Assembly: GCA_032718475.1 (NCBI GenBank)
Contig: JAUCBJ010006743.1
Span: forward strand, 15,705-79,704
Source: Nemertoderma westbladi
Taxonomy: Eukaryota > Animalia > Xenacoelomorpha
DNA: 64,000 nt
Direction of reading: 5' to 3'
The notes under the pieces were generated by a model. It saw only the letters and a program-made list of their open reading frames with translations, was not told the origin of the DNA and searched no databases. Each line of letters opens with the position of its first letter. The stretch's first letter is position 1. Shown piece after piece: positions 9,356-19,539 of the stretch. A program made the translations under genes and the position numbers.

Positions 9356-11890
9356 TTATCTGTACCTCCTCACGTCCTCCTCCCTGGCCCGTTTCTTGGT
9401 TATCACCGCTCCTCTGGCATCATCCGCTTTCTGCTTCCGGACCTTTGCCGCCACTTCCTTGCTGATCCCGGTCGTCGGCTCCTTGGGCGCTGGTGTTATT
9501 AAAGCCCGATACCGCTTCGCCGGTGGCCCCTCAGAATGGCCTGGTTGTTTCCCTCGTGTGGCGTCCCATAGGATCATCTTCATTGCCTTTGGTACGTGTT
9601 CCGCCAAGAAATCCCTAAACTCCCTCCGGTTCTCTGGTGTCCACCTGTCCAGGTACCGTTGCGTGTTCATAACTCCGGCGAACGATGCCGCCGTAGCTAC
9701 CTCTTGATAGGTAAACGGTAACCTTCGCTTTATGATTTCCATGTGGGTCTCCTGGTTTATGAGGAAGAAACCCCACTTGAACTCTTGGGCCTTCATGCGC
9801 TGGCGCATCATGGCCCCGACGTCGGCCCACTCCTCGAACCTCGTGAACTTCTCCTCGTCACTCATCCAGTCGCACTCGCGCCCGTAGTGTCCCCGAAAGT
9901 GGCACTTTGGACATCGGTTATGCAACCGTGGACACGCCCCCATCCTGTGACTTGGTTCTCTACAATAGAGACAAAAGGTTCCCCGTTGGAACCGGTATAG
10001 GCAGCTGCTTTCCTGATGGGTCTGTCTCCCACAGTAGTCGCAGCCGAGTACCAATGTCTCGCGTCCCACCTCGTCCTTCGTCCCAAGCGATCTCCGCGGT
10101 CTATGGAGTCGCTGGTAGGCAAACTTCTCCACGTTGCTCTCCCTGTTTACGTCGATCTCTCCGCCCCTCTCGGGCATCGTCTCCCCGAATACTATCCGTG
10201 GTGCCGTCCCCGGTTGCTCGCCCAACCTGATGGTGCTCCCCGCGAAATCCATCGCCGGCCCCTCGTGCACACAGGTCCGCTTGCCGGATCTGTTCCAGAA
10301 GGCCCTCGCCCCACTGGCCGTCACCACCCTTCCGCCAACCCAGTCCGTGTCCGAGTGGCCTATCCTTTCGATGGGCGGCATCTCTCCGAACTCGTCGTCG
10401 TCGTCCTCCTCTTCTGGTAGTGTCTCCAATCCCGGTATCCCGATGGATCCACTATGTCCCTTCCCGCCTTGGCTCTCGCCCGTAGCTCTCCATCCCTCTA
10501 GCTCCCTTAACTTCCTTGGCGGTTGGTCGCCCTCGGCGCCCGCTGGTATGGGCATCGCGTGCAACCCCGACGTCGACTGTTTCGGCGATCCCACCGTCCA
10601 TCCCAATTCTCGCCCTAGAGACTCCCCCGAACTCCCCGACGAAGTCCAATGAAGTTCGTCTAGGCCCGCCTGTTCCTCGAAGCCGTAACTCTGTGCCCTG
10701 GCCTCCTCTTCCCTCTCCTCTGCTTCTATCCTCTCCCGTCTAGCGACTTCTTCCAGTCGCTTTGCTTCCCGTCTATCCATCTCTAGCTGCTCCCATCTCT
10801 GATACGGTGTATCCGTCTCCCCATCTACCAGATGTCGGCTGTTGTAGTACACCGACTCGCCCTTCAGCCCCGGGTGGTCTACCAGACCGTCAAAGGCCGT
10901 CTTAAAGGCTCTCCTGTAGCTTAGGGGTGATCCCGATAACAGAAATGCCCCTGGTTCTCTTTCGATAACTACGGTCATGAATAAGTTAAGTAAACTTATC
11001 ATCATCCAGTCCTCCTGCAGGATATATCGCTTCTGATATACCTTTATCGCTCCTCTGCGAAACTGATATACCTCCTGCTTTCCCGGTCTCGCTCCCCACT
11101 TCAGCGAGTTCGCTAGTTCTGCTCCGTATTCTTCCCTAAACTTCCCCCAATCCATTGGTTTGTGGCATACGAGCCCCAATAATTGGCCCATCGCCACCGC
11201 CCCGCATTGGCCTGAGTTCTCGACCACCCCCAATCCATCCGGTGCCGTCATAGCCATAAAGACTTTCTGCATATCCAGGAGGTTGGTGGCGTCCGGACCG
11301 ATGATCCTCTCCGCGTCCTCGCGAATCGCCGATCCCACTTTCGTCGTCGACTTCTCTCTTACTAAGACCTGTACCGCTTTCGGCAGTCGGTCTAATTTCG
11401 GCCCGTCCTTCTTCCCATACGTCCCTAGGTCGAATAAGAAGATGTCCCCATTTGGCGCTGCCAAATGCAAGAGTATGGTCCTGGCCGACCCTGCCGTTCC
11501 TCGTCTCGAACCCGCTTCGTCTTCCACGGTTCCCTCGTCATCTAGGATCATATATCCTCCTCTGTTGACGGACTCTATGAATCTTTTCCAGTCCTTCCTC
11601 GGCGATTCCCTCGGATACTTCGGAATCCCGAACTTCGCCTCGTCTCCTTTCACCACGTAGTGGAAGTGTTGGAAGATCGCGTTGTCCAGCGACGGCGTCC
11701 CGTAGGTCCCGACCAACCGCTGTTCGTGCGCCTCCCGGAAGTGATCCTGCAGCGCTCGTGCCGCGTGACCCCTTTCCAACCTCTCGTAGTATCCTCTCGT
11801 CTTCTCCTCCGGGTGTCTTTCGGTGAAATCCACCAATATTTCTTTTCCTCCTGACTCCGCCTTTCTCTTCCTGATCAGCTTACTCGCCAT
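9356..11890 (-). CDS. Accessory ORF of BEL #2: DEDDy (WRN/EXD-like) 3'-5' exonuclease domain, coiled/acidic linker, three CCHC zinc knuckles
   Basis: ExoI MILDDEG; LHLA..GDIFLFDL; LPKAVQVLV..KVGSAIRED (ExoII); NLLDMQ; QKRYILQED (ExoIII-like). Knuckles CDYCGRQTHQESSC, CLYCREPSHRMGAC, CPKCHFRGHYGREC. First ATG at 11890; basic NLS-like stretches at both ends. Confidence 0.82.
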   Translation of the reverse strand: MASKLIRKRKAESGGKEILVDFTERHPEEKTRGYYERLERGHAARALQDHFREAHEQRLVGTYGTPSLDNAIFQHFHYVVKGDEAKFGIPKYPRESPRKDWKRFIESVNRGGYMILDDEGTVEDEAGSRRGTAGSARTILLHLAAPNGDIFLFDLGTYGKKDGPKLDRLPKAVQVLVREKSTTKVGSAIREDAERIIGPDATNLLDMQKVFMAMTAPDGLGVVENSGQCGAVAMGQLLGLVCHKPMDWGKFREEYGAELANSLKWGARPGKQEVYQFRRGAIKVYQKRYILQEDWMMISLLNLFMTVVIEREPGAFLLSGSPLSYRRAFKTAFDGLVDHPGLKGESVYYNSRHLVDGETDTPYQRWEQLEMDRREAKRLEEVARRERIEAEEREEEARAQSYGFEEQAGLDELHWTSSGSSGESLGRELGWTVGSPKQSTSGLHAMPIPAGAEGDQPPRKLRELEGWRATGESQGGKGHSGSIGIPGLETLPEEEDDDDEFGEMPPIERIGHSDTDWVGGRVVTASGARAFWNRSGKRTCVHEGPAMDFAGSTIRLGEQPGTAPRIVFGETMPERGGEIDVNRESNVEKFAYQRLHRPRRSLGTKDEVGRETLVLGCDYCGRQTHQESSCLYRFQRGTFCLYCREPSHRMGACPRLHNRCPKCHFRGHYGRECDWMSDEEKFTRFEEWADVGAMMRQRMKAQEFKWGFFLINQETHMEIIKRRLPFTYQEVATAASFAGVMNTQRYLDRWTPENRREFRDFLAEHVPKAMKMILWDATRGKQPGHSEGPPAKRYRALITPAPKEPTTGISKEVAAKVRKQKADDARGAVITKKRAREEDVRRYR

Positions 11891-12394
11891 TCCGAACACT
11901 ACACTCGCTCACCTGTAGGGTGGTGCCTTACCAAGGCGCAATACAGATGAGTGATGTATTAAGATGTTCCGATACAGTTCGATAATGGCCTACTTTTCTA
12001 CTTAACTGCGCCTTTCAAGCTTAATTTAATCTAATTAATTTCGGAGCTAGTAAATCAGCCTAATTTACAATTTCCGTCCGTTACTTTTATTATGTTCTAG
12101 AACGACTTTCTTTGTGTTACCACTATTTTCCGATTTTAGCCCTATTCTATTTATTTGTTTATTTTGCTTTGATTCTACTGTCCTACTACTTACTACTGCC
12201 TATGGATTTATTCTATTCTCTCTCTGATCCATATTCTGGCCTACTCAGTGGGCCTATGCAGTACAGCAGTATGCGTCGTGTGGCCACACGATTTATCCAG
12301 CTGCACTCATATGCCCCCCTCTCGCTACTAACTCTACTTATTGCTAACTAATATCTATATCCTATTTACCCCTTTTACCTCTTACTCTCTCTCT

Positions 12395-13100
12395 CTAACT
12401 AATGGTACTACGTACCCTCTAACTCTAACTCTGACTAGGTACCACGTACCTACTAACTCTAACTCTAACTAGGTACTACGTACCTACTAACTCTAACTCT
12501 AACTAGGTACTACGTACCTACTAACTCTAACTCTAACTAGGTACTACGTACCTACTAACTCTAACTCTATCGGTACTACCTACCCTCTAACTCTAACTCT
12601 GACTAGGTATTACGTACCTACTAACTCTAACTATCGGTACTACGTACCCTCTAACTCTAACTCTAACTAGGTACTACGTACCTACTAACTCTCTAACTAT
12701 CGGTACTACGTACCCTCTAACTCTAACTCTAACTATGTACTACGTACCTACTAACTCTAACTCTATCGGTACTACCTACCCTCTAACTCTAACTCTAACT
12801 AGGTACTACGTACCTACTAACTCTCTAACTATCGGTACTACGTACCCTCTAACTCTAACTCTAACTAGGTACTACGTACCTACTAACTCTAACTCTATCG
12901 GTACTACCTACCCTCTAACTCTAACTCTGAGTAGGTATTACGTACCTACTAACTCTAACTATCGGTACTACGTACCCTCTAACTCTAACTAACTAGGTAC
13001 TATGTACCTACTAACTAACTAATTTTAGGTACTACGTACCTACTAACTAACTAACTAACTAACTCTAGGTACTACGTACCTACTAACTAACTGACTAACT
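12395..13100. repeat. Tandem array (~30-36 bp units) of TAGGTAC-TAC-GTACCTA hairpins separated by (CTAACT)n, between pol and the accessory ORF
   Basis: Directly visible. TAGGTAC and GTACCTA are reverse complements. Confidence 0.9.
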
Positions 13101-13209
13101 CTTATTTTTATTTTATTTTATTTTATTTTGTGTGGGAAGGGCGTCTCGCCCTCAATCCCACCCCCCTCAGTCCAAAACTTGGACGACTAAACTCCACACT
13201 AACTCCGCT

Positions 13210-16200
13210 CTAAGGTGCTCCTTCTAAGAGACAGCATTTACCTACCGCTCTCCTGTAGGTTTTTATGTCCTTTGCACCTATCTTTCCACCTATCCGCACT
13301 TCCACCGATCGGACTCTTCCGTCCTCGTCGGAGTAGGTGCCTACAACTCTCGCCAACCGCCACTGGTTGTTGATAATAGTATCATCCGTGACGATTACGA
13401 GATCTCCCTCTCTTAACTCCCTGTTCGGTTTCCTCCACTTGCTTCGCTTATGGAGTGTGGGTAGGTATTCCTCTACCCACCTTCTCCAATACTCTGCGCT
13501 AATTGCTTTAGCTACTTTCCAACTTTGGCGGGAGTGTATATCATCTGGGTCTACACCCCGCATATCGATGGTAGCTGGCCTTTCCATCAGGAAATGGCTA
13601 GGCGTCAACACGTCTAATGACTCAGGGTCATCATTCTCCGGGTATAGCGGTCTGCTATTAATGATCCCCTCGCACTTCGCAAGTACTGTCCGTAAGACGT
13701 CTTCAGTGACCATGTGGGTGTTCATCAGCTTCGTCATTAGACGTTTTGAACTGCCCACGAGTCTCTCGACGCATCCTAACGTATGTGGTGCATACGGCGT
13801 CCTTCTCTCCCACTTCACTTGTCGTCTTCTCATGGCCGCTCTGACTTCTTCTCCCTCCAAGATGTCTAAGGCCTCTGCCATCTCACTCTCTGCGCCCACA
13901 AAATTGGTGCCGTTGTCGCTATATATCACCGCGATCGTCCCACCTTTGCGGTCCCTAAACCTTTCTAAGGCGTTAATGAACGCTGATGCGGTTGCATCTT
14001 GGGCGAGTTCTATCCCTACCGCCCGCGTATTGTTGCATACGAAGATAATGCCGTAACGCTTCTCCGTGTGTCGCATCACTTTGATCTTTATCGGCCCGAA
14101 CATGTCCACACCGCAATGCGTAAATGGCGGGTCGTGCTGTCTTACCCTACTCGCCGGTAGTGGCGCCATCTCCTGTACGGCTCGTTCCTTCTTCGCTCGC
14201 CGGCAGGTCTGGCACTGCCCCACTACCGCTTTAACCTTCTTCCTTAGTTGTTTGACCCAATAGGTCCTCCTTATCTCTGTGAGGGTTCGGTTGGTGCCCC
14301 CATGCAGTATCGATTTGTGGGAGTCCCATATGATCTGGTGGACTATAGGCGATCCTGTGGGAATGATGATGGGTTTCGGTGGCACGACTATACTGTTGTT
14401 ATATCCCACCCTAGAATTCATTACTAGAATCCCATCCTCGTTGAGTTGTGGCGACAGCGTGATCAACTCGCTATCCCGTCGGAGGTGCTGTTGGTTACCG
14501 ACGCGTTCCACCTCGTCGCCGTAGTTCTTGCGTTGTTCATAGCGGATCACTGCCTTGGCCGCTCCTTCCAGATCTATGGTTGTCCTGGTCTTCTTGTCCT
14601 TGCCGACTCCCGCAAGGAAATTCCCAAAGGCTCTCCAGTACGCCACTAGTTTCTTGGTCTTATACCAACTAGAACTGTAGCTGAGGAGTTTATCCGTCGG
14701 GTTATCGCACAGTTCCCTTCCTGGTTGCACGTCCCTGATCTCCCTCACCATCTGGGAGTATATCTCTTCTCCCTCTGAATCTCCTTCTCCTTCTGATACT
14801 GGTTCCGAGCCCGGGTCCACCTTCCTCATCGGCGGCCAGGCTTCTCTATCGCTCAGAAATTGTGGCCCATGTTGCCACAATACTTCCTTCTTCAGGAAAG
14901 TGTGGCGTTCCACGCCCCTCGACAGCAAGTCCGCTGGGTTCTCATCTGTTGGGCAGTAGTGCCACCTTTCCAGTTCTGTGCTCGCCCTTATTTCGTCCAC
15001 TCTATTCGCGACGAATATCGGGTATCTCGTCTTTTCGTTGTGTAGCCAACCAAGCACTACCATGGAGTCCGTCCAGTAGTGTGTCTCCACTATGTTGGGA
15101 ATTGTATCCACTAGGTAGGCTGTGGCTCTAACTCCTAGTCTCGCAGCTGTCAATTCTAACTTGGGAACAGATGCTGAATCTGGCGGCGTTGACTTAGCTT
15201 TGCTAAAGGCTAGTCTGGGCTTGTGAGGCCCCTCTCGTTGTACTAAATAGAGTGCCGCTCCGTATGCCTCTAACGACGCGTCGGAGAACATATGTAGGTC
15301 CAGATTCGTCATGTTCCCGTCCGGGAAATACACTCGCGGCATGTTGTATGTTCCCATCCTCTCCAAGTCTCCTGTCCATTTGCTCCACTGTTTCTTGATG
15401 TCTTCTGGTACCTCTACGTCCCACTCATCCTTCAACTTATATACTCTCTTGAGTATCTGTTTCCCCGTGACTAGTAATGGGGATGCTAGGCCTAAGGGAT
15501 CGTATATCCTTGCTATATACGATACGTAACCCCTCTTCGTATGGGTGTCTGCGCCCTCCTGGCTCAGCTGATACTTCAGTTCGTCTGTTTTTCTATCCCA
15601 CACGATTCCCAACGCCTTCTGCTGGGATTCCGTTCTCTTAATCGCCATGTCCTGTCCTTTGGCTGTTGTAGGGTTGTCCATGGTCGATTCTGGTTTCTTG
15701 TCTTCTATTTCCCTGATAAATTCTTCTGAACTGGATTGGAATTTGGTCAGGTTGAAGCCGGATCCTTTCAGGATGTCGCGAACCTCGCGCCCTGTTTCCA
15801 GTATCTCCTCAACCGTATTTCCAGACTCCATGCCGTCGTCTACGTAGAAACCGCGTCTGATCATATCGACGGCCCTACTGCTATATCTATCTTCCTTGCC
15901 CTTTACCGTGTCTCTCACTGCCATAGTCGTCGTAAATGAGGACGACTTGGCCCCCATATTTTGTACTACCATCTTATACGCTGGTATTACCGGCGGTTCT
16001 TCTTCGCCGTTATACCATAAGAAGCGTTGACTGTCACTATCTTCTTCTGTTACTCGGACTTGGTTGAACATGCCTTCTATGTCACACGTGAAGGCGTGTT
16101 TCCCATTCCTAAATCTAAGTAGTACTTCTATGCCCGAATTGTATATGTTTGGGCCCTCTAGTAGGTAATCGTTTAAGCACTTTCCGTCGGTCTTTGCCGA

Positions 16201-19200
16201 TGCATCGACTACCATCCTAAGTTTACCTTTCTTTGGGTCTAAAGCTACGTGGAGTGGCAGGTAGTATGTCCTGTCCGTGTTCGGTTCGTCGACCGGTAAC
16301 TCCACGGCCCATCCTTTCTCGACGTACTTCTTGATCGTTTTGTGAATGTACTCGTTCTTCTCGGGGCTCCGTTGTAGTGTTTGTTTCAGCTTGCGGAGTC
16401 TCGTGAGTACCATCCCTCTATTATCGGGTAGCGGTATCTTCGGTAGTTTCCATACCATTCCTATTGTATACCGCCCCTCATCACACGTCATCGATTCCTC
16501 CACACTTTGTAGAGCCTGCTTGTCTTCTACCGAGGTCCCGACCCCGGTCTCTTTCAGTCCCTCGAAGTCCTGTCTGAGCAGTCTTTTAAGCTGCTCCTCT
16601 GCTCCCTCGTCACCCATTTCCTGCATTGTTCCCGCGAACATGCATCCTGATGTCTCCGACATCCTGAATGGTATCTTGCTCTTAATTGGACCACTCAGCG
16701 TCCACCCGAATGGCGTTAATATGGCCACCGGGTCGCTCTGCTTGTCTTCGCCGAAGACCGTTTGCATTCTCTCGTGGGCCGTTGGGCAGTCCATGCCTAC
16801 TATGATGGATACCTTCCTAACGTCCACGTCTGGGATTGAGAAGTCAATGTTGTCCAGGAATTTGTATTGCTCGACCTCGATGTTGGTTGGCCGCCTGGCA
16901 TTGATGTTAATTGACTCTATTACTTGGATGGGGTCGATGGTTGCCCCATAATCGCATCCTGGTGCCACTGCTGCAATTGCGCACCGTCCTGTCCTCATCT
17001 CTAGGATCTCGTCTTTGCTAGAGATGGTTGTCACCGCCATCCTGCTTGGCCTCGTTCTCAACCCTATTTCTTCGGCTACCCATTCCTCAACTAATGTGAA
17101 GGCAGCTCCACTATCAACCAGCATTAGTGTTGTTACTGATCGATTGCCTTCCCCGATCACTCGTACTGGTACTACTCCAAGTAGCACTGTTCCTCTCTTC
17201 TTCGCCCCTACTGTGCTCGTTGCCATCGTCTGGCCTCTCCTTTGGCCAAACTTGACCGGTTTCTCTTGGCATTCCCTGGCCTTGTGTCCACTCTTCACAC
17301 ATCGCGAGCAGATTTTATTGCTCGACGCGTAATCTATCTGGTCTTGCCTCGGTAGCGCCTGCCAGTACCTGCAGTTCATGGTTTTATGAAGCGCATTTGC
17401 GTGTAACTGGCATTTGCTCTTTGGGTCGTAGCCCTCTTTATACAATGCATTGCGTATCGCAGTCATATTCGTACCAAAGTCCCTACTATTCTTATTGACT
17501 GGGTTTGACCTACTGGACGTACTGGGGTTATGTTTATTCATGTTGTTATTGTTCCCCTGTCCGTCCCTTGATGTTGTCTTATCTTCGTTTGTCTGTGGAC
17601 TTGCAGTCCCCTGCGTTGCTGCGTATGGCAATGATTGTCTGAGCCTCGGCAATGCGTTTGATGTATTGTGCTCCGGTTTGGGCCTGTAATGATCTGTCTT
17701 TGGTCCCTTTCCCAGGCTATCTTCACTATAGACTGGGTCCATTATTAGTTCAGCCTCGTAATTTAAGAAGTTTGACATTTCTTCTAAACCTGGTTCCGCA
17801 CCCTTCTTGTCTCGGGTGGAGAAAGCGATCTTCCTCCATTTATTGCGCAGCCAACTCGGTAGTGCCTGCGCTATCGTGGTGATGTTATTGGACGCGTTGA
17901 GCTCGTATGGCGCGTCTAGCGTCTTCAGCACGATCAGCGCCTTCTCGACTTTGTTAGCAAACGTCTTAATGCTAACGGGGTTATCCTGTAGGCCACCCGA
18001 TGTTATGCCTCTCAGCGTCTGCCTGATGATCTTGGCCGGGTGCCCGTATTCCCTATCCAGTGCCCGCCATGCTGTCGTGAAGCCGCCCTCTATTCCCTGA
18101 TATTGCCTCACGATGTCGTATGCTGGGCCTCCCGTGTACACTTGTAGATACTTTAGGCACTCCGCCTGCGTCAAGTTTTTTGTTAGTATTTCGTTACTAT
18201 ACATTCGCCGAAATTGTAAGTATTCTTCCGGCCTGCTCCCATCGAATTTGAACGGTTCCACGGGTGGTAATTCGATCCTCGTTTTCAACGCATCGATCAA
18301 CGTGGCCATCCCCATTGCCTGCGCTTCTAATGGATTCGACGGGTGCTGTATAGTTTCCCCTGTCTGGTGCGGTTCGTCCGTCCTATTTCTTGATCTTCTC
18401 TGACTCGGATATGTCATCAGGGGTAGCGGCCCCCTCCATATGTCTGTATCACACGACCTGTTTCCATCTAGGGGTCTCGTTGTTCTTGTTCCTGTCGGGG
18501 TATATTGTTGATATTGCGATGGGGGAATGTCACCCTGTCCCCCCCCCACTGGTATGTCTGGTACTGGGGTTGATGTTAATATGTTGGGGCCCATACACCT
18601 ATCCGCAATAATTCCCCCCTCCCCTGGGTATATGTTATGTCCCTGCATGCTGTAGTCATACTGCTGTGCTGGTACCGGTATAGGCCTATCAGCTTCCGGC
18701 CTACTCGCCGGTATGTATTCCGCGACTTCCGGGTTTAATCCCGTTGTCCGCGCTATCCTATCGCCTACATCGCCTCTCTCAGTATGGCCTACGGTATGTG
18801 CAGTAAGACCTACAGTATGCCCTATAGTCTGCATGTGTTGCTCGGGATCGAAGTTTATTCTTCTCGAATAATCCTCCCCGCGGCTACCGTATTCTCGATC
18901 GGTAGGTATATTCCGCCGGAAAGTTTCTCTTCGACCCCCCTCTCCACTGTTTTCATCTTCGTACCGGTACATCGCGTACCCCTCTCTCGGCGTGTAATGC
19001 GTCTCACCGGATCGCATCCCTCCGGGGCGACGGCAATCTCCCGGAGTCCGACCCCATTGACTCTCCGTTCTCATCTCGACTATCGACGGCTCGCTGTCCG
19101 TCCTCGCTCTTCTATCGTTTGCGGCGATACTTCTACTACTCTCTTCCTCTCTTCTCCTATCAGTGGAATATTCCCGCTCACGAGATCTCTCGTCGACCTC

Positions 19201-19539
19201 CCGGTTAAACCCCACTGTTCTTCTTTCCTCCTCTGATCGGGCTCGACGCTCCGTCTGCCCTCCCGCGACGTCAACCTGTCTTTCTCTGCTCGATCGCACG
19301 TCGCCGGGGATACTCGCAATCCCCCTATTACTCTCCGTCGCCGGTTGTTGCGGTTTACCTTGTTCGGCCCTCGCATTGTCCGCTGACGGCTGTGGGACAC
19401 TCTCTGCCCCCCCCCCCCTCTCGCCGCTAACTTTCTGTTGTGGGGTGCTCGTAGCCCCCCCCCCACTCGCTACATCTAACTTCGCTACCTCTCGCCCCGC
19501 TACTATATATCTCTCTAGTCGACACATCAACCCTACCAC
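13210..19539 (-). CDS. BEL/Pao Gag-Pol polyprotein (gag DUF1759-like, zinc knuckles, protease, RT, RNase H, integrase)
   Basis: FKFDGS..EYLQF gag motif, CSRCVKSGHKAREC, LVDSGA, FYVDDG, MFSDAS, GVDMFGP, SDNGTNF, INSRPL, DGRVRSV. Uninterrupted over 2109 aa. Confidence 0.96.
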   Translation of the reverse strand: MVGLMCRLERYIVAGREVAKLDVASGGGATSTPQQKVSGERGGGAESVPQPSADNARAEQGKPQQPATESNRGIASIPGDVRSSRERQVDVAGGQTERRARSEEERRTVGFNREVDERSREREYSTDRRREEESSRSIAANDRRARTDSEPSIVEMRTESQWGRTPGDCRRPGGMRSGETHYTPREGYAMYRYEDENSGEGGRRETFRRNIPTDREYGSRGEDYSRRINFDPEQHMQTIGHTVGLTAHTVGHTERGDVGDRIARTTGLNPEVAEYIPASRPEADRPIPVPAQQYDYSMQGHNIYPGEGGIIADRCMGPNILTSTPVPDIPVGGGQGDIPPSQYQQYTPTGTRTTRPLDGNRSCDTDIWRGPLPLMTYPSQRRSRNRTDEPHQTGETIQHPSNPLEAQAMGMATLIDALKTRIELPPVEPFKFDGSRPEEYLQFRRMYSNEILTKNLTQAECLKYLQVYTGGPAYDIVRQYQGIEGGFTTAWRALDREYGHPAKIIRQTLRGITSGGLQDNPVSIKTFANKVEKALIVLKTLDAPYELNASNNITTIAQALPSWLRNKWRKIAFSTRDKKGAEPGLEEMSNFLNYEAELIMDPVYSEDSLGKGPKTDHYRPKPEHNTSNALPRLRQSLPYAATQGTASPQTNEDKTTSRDGQGNNNNMNKHNPSTSSRSNPVNKNSRDFGTNMTAIRNALYKEGYDPKSKCQLHANALHKTMNCRYWQALPRQDQIDYASSNKICSRCVKSGHKARECQEKPVKFGQRRGQTMATSTVGAKKRGTVLLGVVPVRVIGEGNRSVTTLMLVDSGAAFTLVEEWVAEEIGLRTRPSRMAVTTISSKDEILEMRTGRCAIAAVAPGCDYGATIDPIQVIESININARRPTNIEVEQYKFLDNIDFSIPDVDVRKVSIIVGMDCPTAHERMQTVFGEDKQSDPVAILTPFGWTLSGPIKSKIPFRMSETSGCMFAGTMQEMGDEGAEEQLKRLLRQDFEGLKETGVGTSVEDKQALQSVEESMTCDEGRYTIGMVWKLPKIPLPDNRGMVLTRLRKLKQTLQRSPEKNEYIHKTIKKYVEKGWAVELPVDEPNTDRTYYLPLHVALDPKKGKLRMVVDASAKTDGKCLNDYLLEGPNIYNSGIEVLLRFRNGKHAFTCDIEGMFNQVRVTEEDSDSQRFLWYNGEEEPPVIPAYKMVVQNMGAKSSSFTTTMAVRDTVKGKEDRYSSRAVDMIRRGFYVDDGMESGNTVEEILETGREVRDILKGSGFNLTKFQSSSEEFIREIEDKKPESTMDNPTTAKGQDMAIKRTESQQKALGIVWDRKTDELKYQLSQEGADTHTKRGYVSYIARIYDPLGLASPLLVTGKQILKRVYKLKDEWDVEVPEDIKKQWSKWTGDLERMGTYNMPRVYFPDGNMTNLDLHMFSDASLEAYGAALYLVQREGPHKPRLAFSKAKSTPPDSASVPKLELTAARLGVRATAYLVDTIPNIVETHYWTDSMVVLGWLHNEKTRYPIFVANRVDEIRASTELERWHYCPTDENPADLLSRGVERHTFLKKEVLWQHGPQFLSDREAWPPMRKVDPGSEPVSEGEGDSEGEEIYSQMVREIRDVQPGRELCDNPTDKLLSYSSSWYKTKKLVAYWRAFGNFLAGVGKDKKTRTTIDLEGAAKAVIRYEQRKNYGDEVERVGNQQHLRRDSELITLSPQLNEDGILVMNSRVGYNNSIVVPPKPIIIPTGSPIVHQIIWDSHKSILHGGTNRTLTEIRRTYWVKQLRKKVKAVVGQCQTCRRAKKERAVQEMAPLPASRVRQHDPPFTHCGVDMFGPIKIKVMRHTEKRYGIIFVCNNTRAVGIELAQDATASAFINALERFRDRKGGTIAVIYSDNGTNFVGAESEMAEALDILEGEEVRAAMRRRQVKWERRTPYAPHTLGCVERLVGSSKRLMTKLMNTHMVTEDVLRTVLAKCEGIINSRPLYPENDDPESLDVLTPSHFLMERPATIDMRGVDPDDIHSRQSWKVAKAISAEYWRRWVEEYLPTLHKRSKWRKPNRELREGDLVIVTDDTIINNQWRLARVVGTYSDEDGRVRSVEVRIGGKIGAKDIKTYRRAVGKCCLLEGAP

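Noticed and set aside
4709-11890. env genes as the identity of the extra ORFs
   Set aside because: No signal peptide or transmembrane anchor is evident; exonuclease-like and zinc-knuckle motifs are present instead.
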